A stretch of DNA of 36,915 bases. Source: Candidatus Heimdallarchaeota archaeon (GTDB lineage: Archaea; Asgardarchaeota; Heimdallarchaeia; Heimdallarchaeales; Kariarchaeaceae). The stretch covers positions 1 through 36,915 of the forward strand of contig WAKA01000060.1 in assembly GCA_015523565.1 (NCBI GenBank). The letters are read 5' to 3'. The notes under the pieces are model-generated. The model worked only from the letters and a program-made list of their open reading frames with translations, did no database searches and was not told the DNA's origin. Position numbers and translations under genes: made by a program. Below, in pieces: positions 1 to 8,032 of the stretch. The stretch's first letter is position 1, and every line of letters starts with the position of its first letter.

Positions 1-1
1 C

Positions 2-454
2 CGAAGGATGTTTGAAGATGAAAGCCTTCACCCGATGGAAAAACTATTTATCTCTGCATGGGTAATTTATTTCAGAGAGGATACAATGTCCGATGTCGTC
101 AGTGAGATCCGAGAGATAATAAAGGAGAAGTATGATTCCGAAGAGGAGTTTGTAAGGGAGGGGTTGAAAGCAGGCGGTCCGGAGTTTGTGAAGCTTCTGA
201 CGCCAGATGAGCTGGTCGGTCTGACCCCCAAGCAGATTAAAGCTTTGACCCCCCAGCAAGTGGCATCCCTCAGCCCTGAACAGCTTGCAGTATTGACTCC
301 TGAACAGATCCAGTTGTTGACCCCTGACCAGCTTGTCGCATTGAGTCCTGAGCAGATCATGGGGCTTTTCCAAACCAAAGAGGTTCTGCGGAAGCTTTCC
401 AAGGAACAAAGGCAGGAGCTTGCCCGAATTCTGATGAGTGAGGAGAACGAATAG
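2..454 (+). CDS. 3' part of a probable Rpn-like/PD-(D/E)xK 'transposase-family' protein with C-terminal 8-aa LT/SPEQ repeats (5'-truncated by window edge)
   Basis: Frame is open to the left edge (cga agg atg). The C-terminus has 7 tandem L(T/S)PxQxxx units followed by 'LRKLSKEQRQELARIL', typical of the variable tails of this family. The catalytic N-terminus is not visible. Confidence 0.5.
   Translation, partial: RRMFEDESLHPMEKLFISAWVIYFREDTMSDVVSEIREIIKEKYDSEEEFVREGLKAGGPEFVKLLTPDELVGLTPKQIKALTPQQVASLSPEQLAVLTPEQIQLLTPDQLVALSPEQIMGLFQTKEVLRKLSKEQRQELARILMSEENE
197..364 (+). repeat. 7 x 24-bp degenerate coding tandem repeat (LTPDELVG/LTPKQIKA/LTPQQVAS/LSPEQLAV/LTPEQIQL/LTPDQLVA/LSPEQIMG)
   Basis: Read directly; units start ctgacg/ctgacc/ttgacc/ctcagc/ttgact/ttgacc/ttgagt at 24-nt spacing. 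Confidence 0.9.
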
Positions 455-881
455 GTGTAGTCAATCTGAGTTTTTGGGACATGCAATCCAATTTTAGGTA
501 GAGCTCGTAATTTTTGACATCGGGTGTCGTATCCAATATCAGATTGCCTTCAGGATCACCGTCATCTTTTTTTGTGATGATTTTGAAATCTGGGTTTTCT
601 GGATGAATTTCCATATTTTACCTGTCAATTCTCTGTTTATGATTGGATGTTGGCAATTGCTTGGTCATTAAGTAAGTTAGCTGTTCACATCTGCCTACTG
701 AAACCCTTGACGGTACAGTTATGATGACGCAAACCCTTTGTTGTTTTCCTCCTCATTTACATTTCCTCATCAAGAAAGGTCAAGAGAGGCATTGTCCTTA
801 CAAACGGGTTCGCACAATGTTTGCATGGTTGCGACCCCCATATTCTAAAATTTTTTAAGATTCGAAAAAAAGAATTGGATT

Positions 882-2117
882 ATGGATCAAAATCTTCTTG
901 CCCAGCGGTTTCGAGAGATGTATCCCGTCATCAAGCTGGATCTGGATGAATATGACCCTGACAAGACCTATGACCACATGGTTTTTTTGTGTCGAAATGG
1001 TCGTTGTACCAAGATAATATATGGTTCAAAAATCAACTATCTTTCAAAGGACAGGCATCTTGACATCTGGCATATGGATTCCATTCCTGACATGGTCTAT
1101 GAGGCAGATCCGAAAAGCCTGTTGATTGATTCCTCTGGGTCTGTAGACCTTTCAAAGTTTCCCAACCTGGAAAGAATTTCAATCCGACAAATGGATCCGA
1201 AACTGATCGAGCTGGATGATTCATTGACACACCTTAAAAGCATAAGTTTACGTGGTACCGACAATGAATTTCCCGAATGGATACGCCTTTGCCCAAACCT
1301 TGAAGAGCTTTGGATCAATGACTGCAAGATCAGCAAACTTCCAGACTGGCTTTCTGAACTTCCAATCAAAAGGATGCAGTTGATGTCAGTGCCGATGACG
1401 GATCTTCCAGCATGGCTCCCCAACCTTCCATTGGATGATTTTGAAGTTGAAGGGCTTCCTTTAGGCAAGATCCCTCTAGTGTATCGGGACTGGCAAAAAC
1501 GCAGTATCCACTTACCAAACTGTGGAATCAAAGAGATTCCAGAGTGGCTGGGAGAAGCGACATGGCTGAGATCAATCAACCTAAGCCACAATTCAATTGA
1601 TGAAGTCCCCAGTTTCCTCCTTGAAAAGTTGAGGATAAATAATCTCAATCTCTCACACAACTGTATCCAAGAATTACCTACTGGGGTATGGGCATCCCAA
1701 TCCTTTTCCGAGTTGAACTTGAGCCATAACCTGCTAAAGGAATTGCCTGATGATTTTGGCAAGATGCGAGTCATGAAACTTAAGCTGAATCACAATCCGA
1801 TAGAGGAACTACCGCCTCTTAAATATTGTATGAATGAGATTCTAGACCTATCTGAAACCAATCTGCAATATCCAATGTTCTGGAAGCAGGATCACACTTG
1901 GTTGCAATACATGGAGGCCTTGATTGTTCCTGACTGGTGGGACATGGAGATGATCACTGCTGCAAGACGGTTGATTGGATTTCCTGAATATAAGATTTAC
2001 AGACACATGGAGTATTTGGAAAAATTCGTGGATGGATCTCAAGAAAAATTTGGGCAATTGACGCACCCTGCTTTCCATTCCATTTTTGATTTACCTTTAA
2101 AGGACACGCAACTATAG
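882..2117 (+). CDS. Leucine-rich repeat protein (LRR1) with Trp-rich C-terminal module
   Basis: Repeated LxxLxLxxN/CxIxxLP units (LRSINLSHNSIDEVP, LNLSHNCIQELP, LNLSHNLLKELP); C-terminal IVPDWWDME motif. Confidence 0.9.
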   Translation: MDQNLLAQRFREMYPVIKLDLDEYDPDKTYDHMVFLCRNGRCTKIIYGSKINYLSKDRHLDIWHMDSIPDMVYEADPKSLLIDSSGSVDLSKFPNLERISIRQMDPKLIELDDSLTHLKSISLRGTDNEFPEWIRLCPNLEELWINDCKISKLPDWLSELPIKRMQLMSVPMTDLPAWLPNLPLDDFEVEGLPLGKIPLVYRDWQKRSIHLPNCGIKEIPEWLGEATWLRSINLSHNSIDEVPSFLLEKLRINNLNLSHNCIQELPTGVWASQSFSELNLSHNLLKELPDDFGKMRVMKLKLNHNPIEELPPLKYCMNEILDLSETNLQYPMFWKQDHTWLQYMEALIVPDWWDMEMITAARRLIGFPEYKIYRHMEYLEKFVDGSQEKFGQLTHPAFHSIFDLPLKDTQL

Positions 2118-2130
2118 ATTTCCCGACTTG

Positions 2131-2328
2131 CTACATAGGGGTAAAAAGTTTCCCAATCGAATGACATGTCGGGTGTTTCCTCGTCTTTTTTCTATTGGTT
2201 GTTTTTGATTTCCTGTTTTCAGGATCAAACTTGTTAGAATGTATTCGGCAGGTTATTAATTTTAGCAATAATTGATAGGGAATTATATTTGTCTCTGCAT
2301 AAAAAAACTCTTTCTCTCTCACCTTGTC
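2131..2328 (-). pseudogene. In-frame C-terminal continuation of LRR2 beyond TAG(2329-2331)
   Basis: Same frame as LRR2 (…VFTK*DKVREKEFF…). Ends HPTCHSIGKLFTPM, versus LRR1 HPAFHSIFDLPL. Confidence 0.55.
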
Positions 2329-3429
2329 CTATTTGGTGAACACTTTTGGATTCACCCCCAATATCCTGCATTGTACATGGACTTCCTCCATGTCCCACCA
2401 ATCTGGGACTATTATTTTATGGTTTTGAAGCCAATCTAAGTCATGCTTCCAATCTAGGGGATACTTGAGGGGTGCCTCATCCAACAGGATTGCATGGGCA
2501 CCATCGAGGTTCAAGGGTGGGAGTTCTTCGACAGGGATGTTGTCGAAACTAAAGTGTATGGGTGGTAGATTTCCTATGTCTGAAGGGAATGCCTTGAGCT
2601 TTGTGTTGTCGATATAAATATATTTAATTTGTTTCATGTTTCCAATTCCTTCAGGCAGTTCTTCGATCAGGGTGTATGAAAGGTCAAGATTCCTCAGATT
2701 GGGGATTTTATAGAGATTTGGAGAAACATTCTTGATCGGGTTGTCCGAAAGGTCCAGCTTTTCGAGATAAACAAACTCGTCCACCCAGTCGGGAACCTCG
2801 CGGATTTGGCTGTGCTTAATCTCCAGTTCCTTAATTGGCAGCTTTGTCAACATTCTTGGAATGGATGTCAATGCTGTATTTTCCACCACCACATAATCAA
2901 GATTTGGCAGATCTGCGACATATTCTGGAAAGCTTGTTATCTGCGAATCTCTTACCCTAAGGGTCTCAATGCTTTGACCAGAGACAATCCATTCAGGGAT
3001 TTCAGATGCTTTCCTGAAAGAAACGGATTTCACCGTCTCTGGAATCTCCAATGGTTCGGATGGTCCGATGGGCTCGATGAAATAAAGGTACGGAAAATGT
3101 GAGAGGTCAATCTTGGGCACGTTTTCCATGAAAATGCATATTACGGATTTCATTTTGTAGATCGGGTCGGGGATTTCCTCCAAGTTCTCCAAATGCAATG
3201 CATGAGCCCCTATATGAAATTGTATCTTGTCTCCATATTTTTTCCTTAGCCGCTTGATTGTCCGCATATCCCTTTTTATATACCGATCGGCGGAGTTGCC
3301 CATAGTTGTCACAGGTTTTAACTTCTTGATAAATGTAGGCTTGGGAGGGAGGACTGTAAGTGAAACTGCATATTGGGGATTGATGAACTTTACCTCAAAG
3401 GGATTGATGAAGGGTGAATTATGAAGCAT
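2329..3429 (-). CDS. Leucine-rich repeat protein (LRR2), paralog of LRR1; possible start at 3303; coding appears to continue past TAG to 2131
   Basis: LEKLDLSDNPIKNV and LRNLDLSYTLIEELP repeats; shares PxEELPPL...YPxxWKxDxxWLQ...IVPDWWDME with LRR1. Confidence 0.88.
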   Translation of the reverse strand: MLHNSPFINPFEVKFINPQYAVSLTVLPPKPTFIKKLKPVTTMGNSADRYIKRDMRTIKRLRKKYGDKIQFHIGAHALHLENLEEIPDPIYKMKSVICIFMENVPKIDLSHFPYLYFIEPIGPSEPLEIPETVKSVSFRKASEIPEWIVSGQSIETLRVRDSQITSFPEYVADLPNLDYVVVENTALTSIPRMLTKLPIKELEIKHSQIREVPDWVDEFVYLEKLDLSDNPIKNVSPNLYKIPNLRNLDLSYTLIEELPEGIGNMKQIKYIYIDNTKLKAFPSDIGNLPPIHFSFDNIPVEELPPLNLDGAHAILLDEAPLKYPLDWKHDLDWLQNHKIIVPDWWDMEEVHVQCRILGVNPKVFTK

Positions 3430-3463
3430 GTCTCCCTTGTATCAATTGGTCTTTTTTTGCTAA

Positions 3464-3997
3464 TCACGGATCCTCGACCAAGTCAGATATCCACTGATTT
3501 AGGTCATCCGCTTGATTTCGTTCTGATTTCAATATCCCAATTAATCTGAGAAGGCGTTGTTTCAGGACAACCAATTCACGATCAGTTGGAATCAAGTTCC
3601 ACACAAGGTCTTCAATAATATCCAAATCCCTGATTTTTTTCAACCGTAGAGTGTTTAAAAGAAAAAGAAGACTTGTTGAAGATGGGACAAAATTTCTTTG
3701 GTTGGTTTCTAGGCTTTGCCTGTAAAAATTCTCATAGATTTCAGGGAGGCGTGAAAAATCCTGTTCAAAAACCATTCTCTTAATTTGAACATGGAACTGT
3801 TTTCTAAGTTGCTCAATGTCACCGTCTGGATATGCGGTGTAGTTTTGGATTTTAAATGATGCAAGGGGATTATTCGATGGGTTTTGTGTCTTTGTATTGT
3901 TCATTTTTAATGCATTCCTAGTTCTTTCAGTATTGGTTTCGAATTTTGAAACCATGATGGTTTGTTTGTAACCATTTTCTTGTAAATCCATTTTCAA
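3464..3997 (-). CDS. Hypothetical alpha-helical protein (start may be ATG 3904)
   Basis: 177-aa ORF, co-oriented between an orphan and LRR2; no recognisable motif. Confidence 0.55.
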   Translation of the reverse strand: MKMDLQENGYKQTIMVSKFETNTERTRNALKMNNTKTQNPSNNPLASFKIQNYTAYPDGDIEQLRKQFHVQIKRMVFEQDFSRLPEIYENFYRQSLETNQRNFVPSSTSLLFLLNTLRLKKIRDLDIIEDLVWNLIPTDRELVVLKQRLLRLIGILKSERNQADDLNQWISDLVEDP

Positions 3998-4454
3998 CCT
4001 CTTCGATTAGTTGAATACTTGCATCATATGGAATTTCTCGCATAAGATTTTCCGTATTTTCTTCACTTTTTATGCTGTATTGTATCCTATTGGGAAAAAA
4101 ATTAATCATTATGCTGACTTGGTCAAATTCAATAAACATCAGAATTGTTCCGTCATCATCGGGTTCGAAGAATACTTCCTTATCGGTTGCCGATGGGAAC
4201 AAGCGGGAAATTTTATTAATTACAATGGTTGCTTTTTCAACGGTTTCTTTCTGAATCAATTGTTTTCCATTCTCTCTTTCCAAAATCAGGAAATGTCTTG
4301 CTTTTTCCTTAAACCTTTTCCAAACTTTGTTTTGCTCTACTGCATGAGACAATGAAGATCCAATGATTTTGTTGGATATTTGCTCTTCTGATGAGTCTAG
4401 GGATGCTGTTCTTGAAGGATGACTTTTCATCCTGTTATCCGTCGGATCTTGCAC
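3927..4454 (-). CDS. Hypothetical protein
   Basis: 175-aa ORF. The segment 'IQKETVEKATIVINKI…EVFFEPDDDGTILMFIEF…IMINF' resembles small accessory proteins with a helix followed by a P-x-x-D-G-x-I beta-meander. Confidence 0.6.
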   Translation of the reverse strand: MQDPTDNRMKSHPSRTASLDSSEEQISNKIIGSSLSHAVEQNKVWKRFKEKARHFLILERENGKQLIQKETVEKATIVINKISRLFPSATDKEVFFEPDDDGTILMFIEFDQVSIMINFFPNRIQYSIKSEENTENLMREIPYDASIQLIEEVENGFTRKWLQTNHHGFKIRNQY

Positions 4455-4633
4455 AACTCATACATCTCCAATTAATTTATTGGGATGTTTTCGTATTTTT
4501 AATTTTATTCTAAATTTTTAATTGATCGTTTTCCATTCCATGCTAACTATTGAGATGTCATTTATACAATCCAGACAGTTGATAGCATATTTTGCATCAT
4601 TGAATTCATTTTTTTATCCAATTCCAGATAAAG

Positions 4634-4815
4634 CATGACCTTTACCAATTGGTGTTTATTGACAAGGGAATTGGTCAAATCCTTAAGCCCCATTCAGAAA
4701 AGGGGCGAGAGAGGGAGGAAAATGGGAAAGGGAGAGTAAATCTCGTAGAACAGGGGATTCGGGAGTTGGTGTGCAAATTGGGTAAGTCTCTTGAAGGATG
4801 AGTGTCTGAATTGCG
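4634..4815 (+). repeat. Degenerate direct repeat copy A; decayed coding remnant (HDLYQLVFIDKGIGQILKPHSEK…)
   Basis: catgacctttaccaattggtgtttattgac…ccattcagaaaagg…aattgggtaagtctcttgaaggatgagtgtctgaattgc matches 7809-7963. Confidence 0.8.
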
Positions 4816-5228
4816 ATGATTTGTGTTAACAGGTGTATTCTCCAGATTTACGATTTTAAGTTGCTCCTTGGATGGTATTGCATCTCCAATTTTTGTACAA
4901 AACAGTTTTAGGCGCAGAAAACAGACATTTTTTAGAAAGCCTGACCCGATAATTTCACAGCTATTTCATTAGAATTTACGTAATGAAAGTATTTTTTTCA
5001 TTACATTGGTCCTCTGTTTAATATCCGCATTTAACATCATTTCACTGGAATTGCAAGGATAAGGGTAGAGACACCCCTATTGAATTTTTCATGATATCCC
5101 AAATTGAGAGGCTTGTGATGTGTACACCTTATCAACAAATAAAACTTAACTATAACATGTAATTGGTGGCTTTTTCATACCATTCAATACATTATGGAAA
5201 CATTTTTATATTTTTTTCGTACACATCC

Positions 5229-6560
5229 ATGCACCTTCACAAGCCTTGTGCACTTTTAATCTGTATAATGATAAGTTTTATCAACTTCTCGCCTGTAGGG
5301 GGAAGTATTGCAGTGAACATTTCAAATATGACCCATAGAAATGGGGTGCCTGGACGAGTTCTCACTTCAGTTGATAGCTTAAGAGATTGTACTGACCCTG
5401 CCCTCACCAAGATGAAATGCAATGAGTGGTTGCCGAATGCCCCCTCTGATGGGGATTATGGGGGTATTACCGTGATCCTCGATGATGGGTTGAGCGTTAC
5501 TAATTGGCAGGATTTAGAAAGCGGTTTTTACGGGATGGCGATTGATATTATTGGGTATTTAACACCAGATGATGAAGGAAACATACCCGATTCGCTAATT
5601 GGTGGATATGGGCAGGATTCACTTCAAAGAATCACCAATGAAGATCTAGGGTATCTTGATTCCGATTTCCATGCCCTTGGTGTGCTCAGCGCTTTTGGTA
5701 CCATTGCTAGGGATGCAAAGGTTCTTTTTGTAAATATCCGTTTGAAAACTACCGATCCTGAAAATTCTGGATTTTTTCTTTATGATTCAAGAATATGGGA
5801 ATGGATCAAAAACAATGTTGGTCAATATAACATTAAGGTTATTTCTACATCAATCAATACAGGATATGCAAAAGCCAAAAACCACACAAATACCGATTTG
5901 ATCACGGAAATCTATGAACAGGGTGTTTTCATGGTTGCTGCCATCGGAAATGATGGCTGGGGCATTCCAAATCGGGGTGACTTTTTTCCCAATTACCATC
6001 CTTATGTTTACTCAGTTGGGTCAATTGACCATGAGACCCGAGGCAAATCAAATGATGAAGATTATTATTCAGTTGAAAACAGATATTCAGGATTCAGCCA
6101 AGCATGCAAAGAAAAGAAAAATTACCTCACCCTTTGTGCTTCATATGGTGATAGATGGGATGACAATTCTTCTGAAGCTCTAGATTTTGTAATGCCTGGC
6201 AATGGAGTTCCTGTTGCATTTGAACCAACGATAGAACAGGTCTTGCACGGGCAAGTTTTGGAGTTTGCCCCTGGAACCAGCTATAGTGCACCCTATCTTG
6301 CAGCAACTGCCTTGGTGGCAATCTATGGGTATTCACAAGCGTATTATTCCGTAACGGAAACTTACGTTTACCCTTCTGTCTCTATGATCTATGATTTCCT
6401 GAAGGAAAACTCTTTTTCACCAGAGGATGGGCATCACCAACGATATGGTTGGGGAATGCCCTTTGTCTCTTCGGTTTATGCTGGTGCGTATGCCAAAGGA
6501 CTTGTTGATGCCCCTCCTGCTTCATCTGGGGGTGGTGGAAATGAATGGCTTTTATATTAG
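5229..6560 (+). CDS. Secreted S8 (subtilisin-like) serine peptidase
   Basis: Signal peptide from ATG 5229; catalytic D (ITVILDDG), divergent H (DFHALGV), oxyanion N (VAAIGNDG), S (GTSYSAP). Confidence 0.88.
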   Translation: MHLHKPCALLICIMISFINFSPVGGSIAVNISNMTHRNGVPGRVLTSVDSLRDCTDPALTKMKCNEWLPNAPSDGDYGGITVILDDGLSVTNWQDLESGFYGMAIDIIGYLTPDDEGNIPDSLIGGYGQDSLQRITNEDLGYLDSDFHALGVLSAFGTIARDAKVLFVNIRLKTTDPENSGFFLYDSRIWEWIKNNVGQYNIKVISTSINTGYAKAKNHTNTDLITEIYEQGVFMVAAIGNDGWGIPNRGDFFPNYHPYVYSVGSIDHETRGKSNDEDYYSVENRYSGFSQACKEKKNYLTLCASYGDRWDDNSSEALDFVMPGNGVPVAFEPTIEQVLHGQVLEFAPGTSYSAPYLAATALVAIYGYSQAYYSVTETYVYPSVSMIYDFLKENSFSPEDGHHQRYGWGMPFVSSVYAGAYAKGLVDAPPASSGGGGNEWLLY

Positions 6561-6569
6561 GTGTTTCTG

Positions 6570-7007
6570 ATGAGAAAACTGGTAATTTTGGCATGGGTGA
6601 TACTTTTCTTCCTGTTGGCAACACCACCGATAGTGTATCATTACTCCATTCCCCAATCGAAAGGGGAGGTGATTCTTGATGAGACTCGTTCCGTTTCTCC
6701 AGGTGAGGTGGTCATATACAACCTGACAGACCCTCTCTTGCCAGCTATTGTTGGTTGGCGTTTTGATGGATGGGCAAACACGGTCCAAGCCACCATCAAG
6801 TCGCTCGTAGGCAACCTGACATTGTTCCGTGGTTGCTACTCAACAAATTTAACAGATCTTGAGCAGAACTATACTGAACTATGCCAACAGAATCCTATCC
6901 CTGTAAACACAAACTCCTTCAATGAGTATATTGGTGTTTCATACTTTATCGTGCTTGTGTTTGGCACTTATGATATCTATCGCATCAGAATTGTCTTTCA
7001 GGAATAG
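6570..7007 (+). CDS. Small secreted/membrane protein co-transcribed with the S8 peptidase
   Basis: AGGTG SD-like motif overlapping the S8 stop, ATG 6570, hydrophobic N-terminus MRKLVILAWVILFFLLA. Confidence 0.7.
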   Translation: MRKLVILAWVILFFLLATPPIVYHYSIPQSKGEVILDETRSVSPGEVVIYNLTDPLLPAIVGWRFDGWANTVQATIKSLVGNLTLFRGCYSTNLTDLEQNYTELCQQNPIPVNTNSFNEYIGVSYFIVLVFGTYDIYRIRIVFQE

Positions 7008-7039
7008 CATCTTAAGAATTATGAACGTATCGATCGTTT

Positions 7040-7395
7040 TTTATACCAATTGGGCTTTGACCATTGACAAAATTAAGGATGAAGATCCCAAACGTGCAGG
7101 AGAGGTAGAGAAATTTTTTTCAGATTATTTTGAGGCAGTTGAAGAACATTCCCGGATTCTCGGTGAAAATTCAAAATTGGTTTATGTTGTCGGAAACCGT
7201 ACCGTCAAGAAGATCTGGATTGAAACCGATATCATCACCAAGGAGATGTTTGAACAATTCGGTTTTAAGCTGAAAGGGATTTATTATCGTGATATCCCTA
7301 ACAAAAGAATGCCTTCCAAAAATTCACCTACAAATGTGAAAGGAGAACGAGTGTCAACAATGGTAAACGAGTATGTTGTGGTTATGGAGAGGTAA
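7040..7395 (+). pseudogene. C-terminal fragment of an M.MvaI-type N4-cytosine DNA methyltransferase
   Basis: 'KRAGEVEKFFSDY…RIL…VYVVGNRTVK…TDIIT.EMFE..GF…RDIPNKRMPSKNSPTNVKG…STMVNEYVVVM' is the recognisable C-terminus of this family. The SAM-binding and SPPY motifs are absent. The 5' boundary is approximate. Confidence 0.75.
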
Positions 7396-7519
7396 TCCTC
7401 ATTCCTGATCTTTTTAATCGGGAATTCTGGAAATTCCAATTTATCTGATTTTCTGCATATTTCTGATCTTCTATGACTATCGGATACCTGACACGTCTTA
7501 ACAGCTTTTGATCCTGGCA

Positions 7520-7965
7520 GGTGGTCGCTGAAGACCACAGAAACAGGATTCTGGAATTTCATGCAAATTTCGCCGATGATACTCTAGTCTTTATTGAAGG
7601 TGGATCTGGAAAAGACATTGATGACCATGCTTGCTGAAGGTTTTTCATCATACTGAGGACAGGTATGTCATTGATGATTTGTTCGATTGTTGTTATATTG
7701 AAGGGGATTATGCCTCTTGATTTGGAAAAAACCATTAATGTTGACGAGTTGCCATTCTATTTGAGCGTGCTGAGGTTCAAGGACAAATACTGGTTTAAGG
7801 GTCTGAGACATGGTCTTTATCAATTAGTGTTTATTGACTAGAAAACGGGTCAGATTCTCAAGATCCATTCAGAAAAGGAGAGTGAGGGCAGATTGTGCAA
7901 AACAAAGGAACCTTGATGAAGGTTAATTGGGTGAATCTGTCAATGGTTGAGCGTTTGAATTGCAT
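7520..7965 (+). pseudogene. Decayed gene remnant including direct repeat copy B (7809-7963)
   Basis: One frame reads …ILEFHANFADDTLVFIEGGSGKD…*…SIVVILKGIMPLDLEKTINVDELPFYLSVLRFKDKYWFKGLRHGLYQLVFID*KTGQILKIHSEK with internal TGA/TAG stops; homologous to copy A. Confidence 0.6.
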
Positions 7966-8032
7966 TAATATTCATTCCTTATCATAGTCTTTTATAGAGA
8001 AAATTTCATTTCCATTTTATCTGTATGATGTT

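Noticed and set aside
197-364. 24-bp periodic repeats as a CRISPR array
   Set aside because: There are no spacers, the units are degenerate at the codon level, and they encode an 8-aa protein repeat.
357-614. 85-aa minus-strand ORF
   Set aside because: It overlaps the 3' end of the plus-strand gene and has no recognisable motif; at best a fragment.
806-837. Imperfect GC-rich hairpin upstream of LRR1
   Set aside because: It has several mismatches and bulges, no second copy, and no recognisable RNA family.
6558-6572. S8 protease and the downstream ORF are in frame across a TAG (possible readthrough fusion)
   Set aside because: An AGGTG SD overlaps the stop and the downstream ORF has its own ATG and signal-like N-terminus, so ordinary operon coupling explains it.
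6922-7040. N-terminal part of the 157-aa ORF as genuine MTase sequence
   Set aside because: It overlaps the upstream gene in another frame and shows no MTase motifs; homology starts only near 7040-7060.
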